From Thermodesulfovibrionales bacterium (lineage in GTDB: Bacteria; Nitrospirota; Thermodesulfovibrionia; Thermodesulfovibrionales; SM23-35): a DNA stretch of 64,000 nt. Location of the stretch: the NCBI GenBank assembly GCA_963753165.1, contig CAVWBP010000002.1, positions 80,301 through 144,300 of the forward strand. The letters run 5' to 3'. Position numbers and translations under genes: made by a program. The notes below the pieces were generated by a model, which worked only from the letters and a program-made list of their open reading frames with translations, did not search any database and was not told the DNA's origin. Shown here piece by piece: positions 19,555-28,602 of the stretch (positions are counted from its first letter, which is position 1; every line of letters begins with the position of its first letter).

Positions 19555-19589
19555 TATACAAATGTATACTAAAAATACGGGTTTGTCAA
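19555..19589 (-). promoter_or_regulatory. Candidate lexA promoter with an operator-like inverted repeat over the -10
   Basis: Minus strand reads TTGACA (19589-19584), a 17-nt spacer, then TACATT (19566-19561). The perfect inverted repeat TATACA-aa-TGTATA at 19555-19568 covers the -10. Confidence 0.4.
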
Positions 19590-19635
19590 GAAGTATTAAT
19601 AATGTCTAAAGTCGCATAAAAAATCAGGTATTTAG

Positions 19636-19713
19636 GTCATTCTCCGGCTTGACCGGTGGATCGATAACCCATTGGGATAAAAACTGGATTCCCCGATCAA
19701 GTCGGAGAATGAC
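19636..19713. repeat. Family-C palindromic element, copy 2
   Basis: Sequence gtcattctccggcttgaccgg...ggattccccgatcaagtcggagaatgac. The right half is nearly identical to copy 1. Confidence 0.8.
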
Positions 19714-19772
19714 AAACAACTTATATTCAATTGGTTTATGGATAGACCCCATGAGTTGTAAAAAGGAGGAAT

Positions 19773-20669
19773 TTATCGTGTCTTCTGCCCTGTCAGTTCC
19801 TTTAATCTCAGGGCATTCCGCATCGCAAATCCTCCGTGGCAGTTGTTGAACATGGCATACGTGATTTTTGCCTTTTTGCCCGCTGAGCGAAGGGGAGGGA
19901 CAAACTCCCGGAGTTCCTGATCTGAATAGAGATAGCTGTACCGGAGCGCGGTCTCTACGCCTTTCTTCAGCCACGTCTCTTTGTTCCTCCCGTGAAATCT
20001 GAAATAGGCGATATCCGAAGTGGTTCGGGGGATAAAGGGGACTGTTGCCAGCGAACCATATTGAGGTTCGTCTGCGGCGATGTAGGTCAGTCCGGAATCT
20101 TCCAGAAACTGAAAAACGGATTGCTGTACCTCAGGGGCGAGCCAGCTTCCATGTCTGAACTCTACAGCTATCGGCAGTCCCTGCATCAGTTCCCCGCATT
20201 TCAGGATAGAATCGAAATGCGTTTTTCTGTACTGAAACCAGGGAGGGAACTGAAAGACGAGCACGCCGAGTTTCTTCGCCTGTATGAGGGGGGTCAGGGA
20301 GTCCCTGAACCGTTCTGCCATAAGACTGAGCAGAGAAGGTTCTTTTGTATACACATATTTTGCCGATTTGTCTTTTTCCGGAAGGAGGGCATGCATATCC
20401 TTCGGCAGGGTCTTTGGATCGATTCCGTGGCCTGTGAATGCGCCATATGCTTTTATGTGAAAAATAAAATCTTCAGGCGTTCTCTCGGCCCAGAGAGAAG
20501 TATTCTTTCTGTCGGGAATTGCATAATAGGTGGCATCAACTTCTACCGTATTAAAATGGTCGGCATAATACCTGAGGCGGCCTTCGGCGGTCTTAACCTC
20601 TCCCGGATAGAATTCTCCGCTCTGAATGAGCGTTTTCTCGGTCCAGGAGCATGTGCCGATAGAGATCAT
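19773..20669 (-). CDS. DUF72 (YecE-like) family protein
   Basis: Contains ISIGTCSWTEKTLIQSGEFYP, YYADHFNTVEVDATYYAIP and VFQFPPWF, a pattern typical of DUF72. Confidence 0.75.
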   Translation of the reverse strand: MISIGTCSWTEKTLIQSGEFYPGEVKTAEGRLRYYADHFNTVEVDATYYAIPDRKNTSLWAERTPEDFIFHIKAYGAFTGHGIDPKTLPKDMHALLPEKDKSAKYVYTKEPSLLSLMAERFRDSLTPLIQAKKLGVLVFQFPPWFQYRKTHFDSILKCGELMQGLPIAVEFRHGSWLAPEVQQSVFQFLEDSGLTYIAADEPQYGSLATVPFIPRTTSDIAYFRFHGRNKETWLKKGVETALRYSYLYSDQELREFVPPLRSAGKKAKITYAMFNNCHGGFAMRNALRLKELTGQKTR

Positions 20670-21679
20670 GCACTCTGCATTTTTATTTCATAACACTGAT
20701 GTGCCAATGCAACCAGTTCATCGTATTTCCAGGTCTGCCTGTCTGTAAGATGCCGGGGACGATGTGAAGGGATGCCCCCAAGCCCCAGATAGGCGCCGCT
20801 GATTGCGCCTGCCATCGCCGCTGTTGTGTCCGTATCACCGCCTGCGGAGATAGCGGTGCAGATGGTTTCCCAGTAATCTTCCGGTGTCCTGAGGAAGGAA
20901 TAGAGGCTCCAGAGTACACTGCTGACGACATATCCTGATATTCCCTTCCATTCATCGTCATCGATATATTCGGCATCAAACCCTGCGTCAGCAATGACTT
21001 CTGCCGCTTCTTCAGGCGGGAGAGGAAGCCATTCCGAAAGTTTTGCCAATTCTGCGGCGAATACCGGGGATACCCTTCCTGTCCATTCTCCGAGCGTTGC
21101 GAGAAACCTGTCTGGCCTGATTGGCTTTTCCTGCAGTGCGACCGCCACCGCGCCACTCACCGCAACTGCACCTGCAGAACTCCTCGGGTCCCGGTGAGTG
21201 ATCCTCCCCTGATCATGGGCGGACTGAATGAGTATCTCGGGATTGTCATAGAAGAACAGGCCTATGGGTGCTGCCCGCATGGCGCTTCCGTTCCCGGCTG
21301 CAGGAGGCGGCGCCCCGGATTCCTCCCATGAGGTTCCCAGACATAATCTCTTAACAGCCTCTTTTGTTGAATACCCGAAGGCAACGATTCTTTGCTCGAC
21401 AAAAATCGTCTTCAACCGTTCAGCATAATCGGCAGGATCAAATTTTCTGCAGGCAGCATAGCCCTGCATCAGTTCGCGGGCGAGTTGCGAGTCGTCGGAA
21501 TACTGCCCGAAAGGGAAGGGGAAATGCCCTCCGAATTGCTCTGCCTTGTCAGTTTTTAAAAAATCCTCGACATACCGCCTGCATGCAGCAGGGGAATAGC
21601 CTTCGACAACAAATCCTATCGCATCGCCGAGGCATTGACCGATCAGACATCCGCTGAATTGTTCTTTCCGGGGGGTCAT
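20666..21679 (-). CDS. ADP-ribosylglycohydrolase family protein
   Basis: Contains GCLIGQCLGDAIGFVVEG and GGDTDTTAAMAGAISGAYLG. Confidence 0.85.
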   Translation of the reverse strand: MTPRKEQFSGCLIGQCLGDAIGFVVEGYSPAACRRYVEDFLKTDKAEQFGGHFPFPFGQYSDDSQLARELMQGYAACRKFDPADYAERLKTIFVEQRIVAFGYSTKEAVKRLCLGTSWEESGAPPPAAGNGSAMRAAPIGLFFYDNPEILIQSAHDQGRITHRDPRSSAGAVAVSGAVAVALQEKPIRPDRFLATLGEWTGRVSPVFAAELAKLSEWLPLPPEEAAEVIADAGFDAEYIDDDEWKGISGYVVSSVLWSLYSFLRTPEDYWETICTAISAGGDTDTTAAMAGAISGAYLGLGGIPSHRPRHLTDRQTWKYDELVALAHQCYEIKMQSA

Positions 21680-21758
21680 TCTCTTACCTTAACGCATTTT
21701 TGTTGCATGAGACAAGCAGAAGAGTGAGTTTACAAGCCTGTCGGCTTTCCCCGTGAAT

Positions 21759-22130
21759 TTATCTGATGATACTTCCCGGAGGGACTTCCTTGTCGGGGTG
21801 CATGAGGACTGCCTTCCCATCCATAACCGCGGCGAGTATCATGCCATGGCTTTCAACTCCCCTGATGGTTCGCGGTTCCAGGTTGAGAAGAACAGGGATT
21901 TCTTTCCCGATAAGCGTATCAGGTTCATAGCTCTGTGCAATCCCTGCGACAAGCTGTCTTTTTTCGGTACCGACCTCGATCTCGATCTTCAGCAATTTTT
22001 CGGTGTCCTGGACTCTCTCGGCGGCAATGATTTTTCCGATTCTGATGTCCAGTTTTTTGAAATCGTCAAAAGAAATCATGGCTCTATTATTGAACGGCAG
22101 CAATATTTTTTCAAGGGAATCTTTCCTCAT
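21759..22130 (-). CDS. tRNA-binding (CsaA/Trbp111-type, EMAP fold) protein
   Basis: Contains FDDFKKLDIRIGKIIAAERVQDTEKLLKIEIEVG...QLVAGIA...NLEPRTIRGVESHGMILAA. Confidence 0.8.
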   Translation of the reverse strand: MRKDSLEKILLPFNNRAMISFDDFKKLDIRIGKIIAAERVQDTEKLLKIEIEVGTEKRQLVAGIAQSYEPDTLIGKEIPVLLNLEPRTIRGVESHGMILAAVMDGKAVLMHPDKEVPPGSIIR

Positions 22131-22181
22131 GCTTTTTCAGCAACGGGTTTACATAGGGCATCCTGTGTGATAGAATTTTGA

Positions 22182-22691
22182 ATGAGGAAAGTTTTACTGA
22201 TAGGGCTTTCTGTCTTGTTTTTCAGCAGTCTTTTCCTCATGCTGAGAAGCGGGAGGGAAATGGTCGGGGATATACGGACAAGAACGGATTCTTTCCTCGA
22301 AGATATCCGGATTGTACAGAAGAAAGACGGCGTCACCACATGGACCCTCACGGCAAGCAAGGCTGATTTCCGGGAAGGAGACCAAAGGGCGGAACTGAGC
22401 GATATAGAACTCCGCATAGAGAAAAACGGCATGATACTCCATGCAGACAAAGGAGTATATGATCTTTCGAGTCAGAGCTTTTCCACAGATGAAGCGGTGA
22501 AAGCCTCTGGAAAAGACATAAGTCTCTCCGCAGATTCTCTGGATTATGAAGTTGCTTCAGGAATGATCAGAACCGAGGGAAAAATCAGGGTGGAGGGGAA
22601 AGGATTCAGTGTTGAAGGCACAGGCATGCACGCAGACTCTGAACAGAAAGTCAATATTCTCAATGATGTCAAGGCGACATTTCATAAGTAA
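22182..22691 (+). CDS. lptC: LPS export protein LptC candidate
   Basis: Single N-terminal TM segment followed by a beta-rich periplasmic body. Lies immediately upstream of lptA-lptB. Confidence 0.55.
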   Translation: MRKVLLIGLSVLFFSSLFLMLRSGREMVGDIRTRTDSFLEDIRIVQKKDGVTTWTLTASKADFREGDQRAELSDIELRIEKNGMILHADKGVYDLSSQSFSTDEAVKASGKDISLSADSLDYEVASGMIRTEGKIRVEGKGFSVEGTGMHADSEQKVNILNDVKATFHK

Positions 22692-23151
22692 CCTCTGCCA
22701 GTGTGGCGGCGCGCTTCTCCTTGTTTTTTTGCTCTCTTCCACCGGCCTTGCTGAAGAGACGAAAAAGATTCAGGGCCCGGTGGTTATCACTTCCCAGAAA
22801 CTCACTGCCGACAGCAAGACGCACTCTGCTGTTTTTGAGCATTCTGTCGTCGCACGCACCCCTGATATGACCATATGGGCAGACCTGATGAATGTCGCGT
22901 ATGACAGCAATACAGGCAATGTTACCCGTATCGACGCTCAGGGGAACGTAAGAGTAATGAAAGAGAAGCGGGTGATCACCGCCAGGGAAGCAACCTATTT
23001 CTCGGGGGAGGAAAAGGTCGTCTTTACCGGTGAACCAAGGGCTGCGGAAGGTGAAAATGTGATTACCGGAAAAACAATGACATACCTCATGAAAGAAGAC
23101 CGGTTCATCGTCGAGGGCAGCAAGGTTTTCATCACTTCCAGGGAAAAATAA
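22663..23151 (+). CDS. lptA: LPS transport periplasmic protein LptA (OstA-like)
   Basis: Signal peptide, then ITSQKLTADSKTHSAVFEHSVV...IDAQGNVRV...ATYFSGEEKVVFTGEPRAAEGENVITGKTMTY. Confidence 0.8.
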   Translation: MMSRRHFISNLCQCGGALLLVFLLSSTGLAEETKKIQGPVVITSQKLTADSKTHSAVFEHSVVARTPDMTIWADLMNVAYDSNTGNVTRIDAQGNVRVMKEKRVITAREATYFSGEEKVVFTGEPRAAEGENVITGKTMTYLMKEDRFIVEGSKVFITSREK

Positions 23152-23165
23152 GGACGGGAAACGCA

Positions 23166-23888
23166 GTGCACATCCTTGAAGCAAAAGGACTCTCAAAACA
23201 TTACGGCAAGAGGCATGTTGTTCAGGGTCTCAGCCTCTCGGTAACGAACGGCGAGATTGTGGGGCTGCTCGGCCCAAACGGCGCAGGGAAAACGACCACC
23301 TTTTATATGATGGTAGGTCTTATAAAGCCCGACAGCGGGCATATCTTTATTGACGACGAGGACCTTACGAGAACGCCCATGTACCGGAGGGCTCTCAGGG
23401 GGATCAGTTACCTCCCGCAGGAACCTTCGATTTTCAGAAAACTCTCGGTTGAAGACAATCTCAGGGCTGTGCTGGAAATAAGGGGATTGGGGAAGGATGA
23501 GATTGCAAGCGAGGTCGAGCGGTTATTGAAGGAATTCAATCTCACGGAACTCGCGAACAAGGAGGGATACAAGCTTTCCGGAGGTGAACGGAGGAAGACA
23601 GAAATAGCGCGGGCGATTGCGGTAAAACCCACCTTCCTCCTGTTCGACGAACCGTTTGCAGGGATAGACCCTATCGCGATCATTGAACTGAAAAAGATGT
23701 TGAGATACCTGAAAAGTAAAGGGCTCGGAATCCTGATTACAGATCATAATGTCCGGGATACGCTTTCGATCACCGACAGGGCATATATCATAAGCAGCGG
23801 GGCAATACTCCAGGAAGGCAGTCCGGATACCCTTGTCTCAGACCCGCGTGTCAGAGAAGTGTTTCTCGGAGAGGAGTTCCGTCTCTGA
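23166..23888 (+). CDS. lptB: LPS export ABC transporter ATPase LptB (GTG start)
   Basis: Walker A GPNGAGKTT, ABC signature LSGGERRK, Walker B FLLFDEPFAGIDP. Confidence 0.93.
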   Translation: MHILEAKGLSKHYGKRHVVQGLSLSVTNGEIVGLLGPNGAGKTTTFYMMVGLIKPDSGHIFIDDEDLTRTPMYRRALRGISYLPQEPSIFRKLSVEDNLRAVLEIRGLGKDEIASEVERLLKEFNLTELANKEGYKLSGGERRKTEIARAIAVKPTFLLFDEPFAGIDPIAIIELKKMLRYLKSKGLGILITDHNVRDTLSITDRAYIISSGAILQEGSPDTLVSDPRVREVFLGEEFRL

Positions 23889-25331
23889 TGGCACTCGAGA
23901 GCAGACTTGAACTCAGGCTGTCCCAGAAGCTGATCCTGACACCGCAGCTGCAGCAGGCAATAAAACTGCTCCAGTTGCCCCATCTTGAGCTTTCCGAATT
24001 TCTCAATCAGGAACTCATGGAAAACCCTTTCCTTGAGGAGACAGACGAAGAAGTTCCGCCGGAGGAACTCAGCGCCGAAGAGCGGGAAAATGCCGAAAGG
24101 GAAGTTGAGCATGAAGATGCAGAGGCTCCGATCGAGAAGCTTATGAATCTTACTGTGGATGAATACTTTGAAGAGAGAAGCTCTGACGGCCGGGACCTCG
24201 GGTATTTCACCCCCGGGACTGTTACCCCGCCGTCATTTGAGCAGTTTCTCACCAGGGAACCCGATCTTGCCGATCATCTCCTGTGGCAATTGCGTCTTTC
24301 CCACATTCCTGATGAAATAAGGAAGGTGGGAGAAATAATCATCGGAAATATCGATGAGAACGGATATCTCGCTGCTTCTTCTGAAGAGATTATGAATGGG
24401 GCAGAGACTGATGAGGCGACTGCAGAAAAAGCCCTCAGGATGATACAGGGATTCGATCCGCCGGGAGTCGGCGCACGGAATATGCAGGAGTGCCTGCTTA
24501 TCCAGGTATCCGTTTTGGGTCTTAACGGGACAATCATTGAGAAGATCATTCTCAATAACATAGAGGAACTCGAGAAAAAGAAATATACCGTCCTCGCACA
24601 GCACTACAATGTTCCTGTCGGAGATATTATGGCTGCGGTAAAGGTCATAGAAGGTCTTGAGCCGAAACCCGGCCGCAATTTTTCGAGCACGGCGCCGCAT
24701 TATATCGTTCCTGATGTGTATCTCATCAAAACAGCAGAGGGGTATCAGATCATCCTCAACGATGAGGGAGTTCCGAAGCTGAACGTGAGCAGCTTTTACC
24801 GGAAATTGATTCAGCAGGACAATGACTTCCCGAAAGAAGAAAAAAATTTTCTTATTGAGAAATGGCGCGTCTGCGGTCGGACTCCTGAAAAGTCTTGACC
24901 AGCGGAACAGGACGATATACCGTGTGACCGAGACGCTCCTTGACCTCCAGCGGCAGTTCTTCGACCATGGCGTCGAATTTCTGAAGCCCCTGACGCTCAG
25001 GGACGTTGCTTCAATACTGAACCTGCACGAGAGCACGGTGAGCAGGGTTACCTCGAATAAATACCTTGCATGCGAGCACGGAATCTTCGGTTTCCGGTTT
25101 CTCTTCAGCAGCGCCCTCAGCAGCGACATGGGGAATATTTCCTCCACGTCGGTCAAGAATATGATCAGAAAGATTGTGACTGAAGAGGATACGCAGAAAC
25201 CTTTCAGCGACCAGAAGATCGCCGAGATGCTGCAACAGCAAGGTATCGAAATTGCGAGGAGGACTGTGGCAAAATACAGAGATGAACTGGGCATCCCGTC
25301 ACAAACACAGAGAAGGAAACTGAACAAATAA
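23888..25331 (+). pseudogene. rpoN: RNA polymerase sigma-54 factor; one frameshift near 24862-24868 as assembled
   Basis: N-terminus LELRLSQKLILTPQLQQAIKLLQLPHLEL. After the shift: SAVGLLKSLDQRNRTIYRVTE. HTH: LTLRDVASILNLHESTVSRV. RpoN box: ARRTVAKYRDELGIPS. Confidence 0.92.
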
Positions 25332-25345
25332 AAAAGGAGGATTTC

Positions 25346-25871
25346 ATGAACATCATTATTACCGGAAGACACCTCGAAGTTACTCATGCTTTGAAAACCT
25401 ATGTGGAAAAGAAGATAAAAAGATTTGACCGGTATATTACGAATATTTCCGAAGCGAATGTCACTCTTAGCGGTCGAAAAATACCGGCATAAAGTCGAAG
25501 TTCTCCTGAAGGTAAACGGAGTGTTAATACAGGCCGAGGCAATTACCGGCGACGTGTATTCGTCTATAGACGAAGTCGCGGAAAAACTCGAGCGGCAGAT
25601 AAAGAAATACAAGGAAAAGCTCGTTTCACACAGAAAAGCCGAGGGGAAGGAAGGGACAGAGGTTCAGGAGACTGCATTGCCTCCTGAGGTCGGTACGATT
25701 ATTAAGAACAAACGGTTTGAACTCAAACCGATGAGTCCTGACGAGGCTGTGATGCAGATGGAACTTCTTGACAAGGATTTTTTTGTGTTCACAAACGACA
25801 ACAGCGGTGAAATCAATGTGATCTATCGGAGAAGAGACGGGAATTTCGGTCTTATCGAGCCGGTAAGATAG
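25346..25871 (+). pseudogene. hpf: Ribosome hibernation promoting factor, long form; frameshift near 25470 as assembled
   Basis: Frame A reads MNIIITGRHLEVTHALKTYVEKKIKRFDRYITNISEANVTLS. Frame B reads VEKYRHKVEVLLKVNGVLIQAEA...SSIDEVAEKLERQIKKYKEK. C-terminal dimerisation domain: KPMSPDEAVMQMELLDKDFFVFTN. Confidence 0.88.
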
Positions 25872-25879
25872 AGAGTGAT

Positions 25880-26725
25880 TTGAAACCGATCATCGTTATA
25901 CTGACCGGCCTTTCAGGTTCCGGCAAGACAGTGGCGTTGCGTTCTCTTGAGGATTGCGATTATTATTGTGTAGACAATCTGCCGGTTGCCCTCATCGAAT
26001 CCTTCGTCACTACCATTACCCGCCAGAAGAGATATTGAAAAGATCGCCATCGGTATTGATATACGGGAAAAGTGTTTCCTGTCCGAAATCAGCGGTGTTC
26101 TCAAGATCCTCAGGAAGCAGCGCCAGACAGAGGTGCTGTTTCTTGATGCCGAGAAAGACGTCCTGGTGAGAAGATTCAAGGAAACACGCCGACCCCATCC
26201 TCTCGGGGGAAACGTAGAGGAGGCGATGCAATGGAGAGAGAAAGACTCTCCGTCCTCAGAGATTCAGCTGACCGGATCATTGATACTTCCTCGTTTACTC
26301 CCCATCAACTGAGACAGTTTGTAACATCACTCTATGCGGTGAAAACCGGGGAAAAAGCACTGACCATTGCGCTGATATCGTTCGGTTTCAAGTTCGGTGC
26401 TCCGCAGAATATTGACCTGCTCTTTGATGCGAGGTTTCTTCCCAATCCAAACTTTGTTCCTGAACTCAAAGTTCTGAGAGGGACCGACAAAAAGGTGGCA
26501 GAGTATGTTTTCCGGAGAAGGGTAGCGAAGACATATGTGAACAAGATACAAGACCTGCTGGATTTCCTAATCCCTAACTATATCAAGGAGGGAAGAGCCT
26601 ATCTGACCATTGGTATCGGGTGTACAGGCGGCAATCACCGGTCCCCGGCGATTGTTGAGAGGCTCAGGGCATATCTTAAAAAATATCCGGTAGAACTGAG
26701 CGTAGTCCACAGGGATATTGCCTGA
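25880..26725 (+). pseudogene. rapZ: RNase adapter / nucleotide-binding protein RapZ (YhbJ); two frameshifts (~26015-26030 and ~26230) as assembled
   Basis: TTG start, then [34 protein letters not shown]. Next frame: IAIGIDIRE...FLDAEKDVLVRRFKETRRPHPL. Third frame: RERLSVLRDSADRIIDTS...FGFKFGAPQNIDLLFDARFLPNP...IGCTGGNHRSPAIVE. Confidence 0.88.
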
Positions 26726-26760
26726 ATTGATCGCAAGTTGTTAGTATATAAATCTGTCCG

Positions 26761-26853
26761 GGAGAGGTGGCCGAGCCGGTCGAAGGCAGCCGCCTGCTAA
26801 GCGGTTGTGGGGGTAACACTCCACCCAGGGTTCGAATCCCTGCCTCTCCGCCA
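26761..26853 (+). tRNA. tRNA-Ser (anticodon GCU), CCA encoded
   Basis: Acceptor GGAGAGG/CCTCTCC. Anticodon arm GCCGC-CTGCTAA-GCGGT. Long variable arm, GGTTCGAATCC T-loop, 3' GCCA. Confidence 0.93.
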
Positions 26854-26923
26854 TTAATTAGAGTGAAAAGCCGGAAGTGAATAGTTAAGAGTGAAAAGTG
26901 AAAATCTAAAGAAGGAGACAACC

Positions 26924-27565
26924 ATGAAGAAAGGTTTGTTGCTTACCATATGTCTTTTATTGATTTTTTCATTGCAAGCGTGCAAGAAGAAGGAAGAGCA
27001 GCCACCGGTCCCCCAGACTCCGGTGCAGATGATGCCGGGGCAGATGCCTTCTGGTCCGGTATCTCCGGGACAAATGCCTCCCGGCTCTACGACTCCGGGA
27101 CCGATGCCGCCAGGACAAGCGCCTCAGGGTATGATGCCGCCGGGTGGATCGCAACAGATGGCAAAGCCGGGCACTATGCCGATGGGGAAAACTCAGGTCA
27201 TCATCCCTGCTTCCGTGAAGGGAAAGTGGGAAGCGGCGAAGATAGTAGTTGAGGACAAGGTCTCAAAGACGAAGCAGGAATATACGGTGAAGCTGAACAG
27301 TGATTTTGCAGTTCCGAATTCGGCGCTGAAAATCCATATCGGCGATTTTCTCCCGGATTTCAAAATGGACGGACTTACGCTCACTTCGTCATCGACCCAG
27401 CCGAACAATCCTGCTCTCAGCATGAGGGTTTTTGAGAACGGCAAGCAGATATTCCCTGCTCCGGGAAGACAGTGGGGGTGGTTGTTTTCCAAGGTGCCGT
27501 CAATACATCCGTTCGAACATCCGAAGTATGGCATTACCTTAAAAGAAGGCCTTAAAAAAGGATAA
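26924..27565 (+). CDS. Lipoprotein with an N-terminal Met/Pro/Gly-rich repeat region
   Basis: Lipobox LIFSLQAC with GGAG upstream of ATG 26924. Repeats QMMPGQMPSGPVSPGQMPPGSTTPGPMPPGQAPQGMMPPG precede a globular C-terminal half. Confidence 0.7.
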   Translation: MKKGLLLTICLLLIFSLQACKKKEEQPPVPQTPVQMMPGQMPSGPVSPGQMPPGSTTPGPMPPGQAPQGMMPPGGSQQMAKPGTMPMGKTQVIIPASVKGKWEAAKIVVEDKVSKTKQEYTVKLNSDFAVPNSALKIHIGDFLPDFKMDGLTLTSSSTQPNNPALSMRVFENGKQIFPAPGRQWGWLFSKVPSIHPFEHPKYGITLKEGLKKG

Positions 27566-27580
27566 ACAAGAGTCGAGATT

Positions 27581-27657
27581 GCGCCCATAGCTCAGCTGGA
27601 TAGAGCGACGGACTACGAATCCGCAGGTCGGGGGTTCAAATCCTCCTGGGCGCGCCA
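27581..27657 (+). tRNA. tRNA-Arg (anticodon ACG), CCA encoded
   Basis: Contains GCGCCCATAGCTCAGCTGGATAGAGC, the anticodon loop CTACGAA, the T-arm GGGGGTTCAAATCCTCC, and 3' GCGCCA. Confidence 0.93.
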
Positions 27658-27660
27658 TTT

Positions 27661-28521
27661 ATGAATTGTATAATAAACCTCGACAAGCCCGAAAACATAT
27701 CTTCACAGCAGGCAGTCACAAAGGTAAAAAGAATGCTTGCGGTGAAGAAAGCCGGCCATGCAGGGACGCTTGATCCGATTGCAACCGGAGTACTTCTCAT
27801 CTGCCTGAACAAGGCGACCAAAATAACACGATTCCTGTCCGATCTTGATAAGGAATATATCTTCCGCATGAAACTTGGCGAAAAAACCGACACCTATGAT
27901 TCAACCGGGACCGTTCTTGCAAAAAAGGATTACCATTTCATTCAGGAGTCAGACGTTCGCCATGCTCTTGAAAACTTCACCGGCAGGGTAAAACAGGTGC
28001 CGCCTCTTTTTTCCGCAATTCAGGTCGGAGGACAACGCCTTTATAACCTCGCCCGAAAGGGCATAACAGATGTTCAAATCCCGGAGAGAACTGTCTCTAT
28101 TCACGAACTGGAACTCATCCGGTTTGATCCTCCCTTCATGGACTTGCGGGTTGCATGCTCGAAGGGAACATATGTGAGAAGTCTATGCGATGATCTTGGC
28201 GCCGTTCTTGGCGCCGGCGCCCACATGACTTCTTTGCAGAGGACCGCAATCGGAAAGTTCCGGATCAAGGAGGCAACAACATTCAGCGAATTGGAACAGG
28301 GAAGCAACCTGTGCTATCCGATGGACTTCGCACTGTCCCACCTGCCGGGTATTATCCTCAGCGATGAAGAATTCGGGAAGGTAGGGAAAGGCCTTCCAAT
28401 CAAAGCCCACCAGGATTTTTCAGCTTATCAATATATCAGATTAAAAAGCCCTGAAAATGTTTTTTTCGGTATCGGGAAAATTGGACAAGACGAGATAAGA
28501 ATAGAAAGATTGTTAAACTAA
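27661..28521 (+). CDS. truB: tRNA pseudouridine(55) synthase TruB
   Basis: Contains INLDKPENISSQQAV...KAGHAGTLDPIATGVLLICL (catalytic Asp) and QVPPLFSAIQVGGQRLY. Confidence 0.92.
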   Translation: MNCIINLDKPENISSQQAVTKVKRMLAVKKAGHAGTLDPIATGVLLICLNKATKITRFLSDLDKEYIFRMKLGEKTDTYDSTGTVLAKKDYHFIQESDVRHALENFTGRVKQVPPLFSAIQVGGQRLYNLARKGITDVQIPERTVSIHELELIRFDPPFMDLRVACSKGTYVRSLCDDLGAVLGAGAHMTSLQRTAIGKFRIKEATTFSELEQGSNLCYPMDFALSHLPGIILSDEEFGKVGKGLPIKAHQDFSAYQYIRLKSPENVFFGIGKIGQDEIRIERLLN

Positions 28522-28567
28522 TTTCTCAGTGTTAGATTGAAATTGTCTGATATTAAATAAAAAAAGC

Positions 28568-28596
28568 TTGACAAGATGTTTTTTTTTTGTTATTCA
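28568..28596 (+). promoter_or_regulatory. Candidate sigma-70 promoter upstream of pilM
   Basis: TTGACA (28568-28573), 17-nt spacer, TATTCA (28591-28596). The pilM ATG at 28603 would then be nearly leaderless, so this is uncertain. Confidence 0.25.
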
Positions 28597-28602
28597 TATG
28601 TC

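Noticed and set aside
24233-25612. 459-aa minus-strand ORF, the longest unassigned ORF in the track
   Set aside because: It lies entirely antisense to rpoN and hpf, whose sense-strand translations carry unmistakable sigma-54 and HPF motifs. Its own translation is low-complexity (Ser/Phe/Leu/Cys-rich) with no recognisable motif. It is treated as a shadow ORF.
24855-26235. Programmed ribosomal frameshifting as an explanation for the split rpoN, hpf and rapZ ORFs
   Set aside because: No slippery heptamer or downstream stimulatory structure was seen at the junctions. These genes are not known to use recoding, and similar breaks occur in unrelated genes in both +1 and -1 directions. Indel errors are the simpler explanation.
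26761-27657. A tRNA-flanked gene as a small integrated island (tRNA-Ser, lipoprotein, tRNA-Arg)
   Set aside because: There is no integrase, no direct repeat of either tRNA 3' end was noticed in the flanks, and only one gene is enclosed. The evidence for a mobile element is insufficient.
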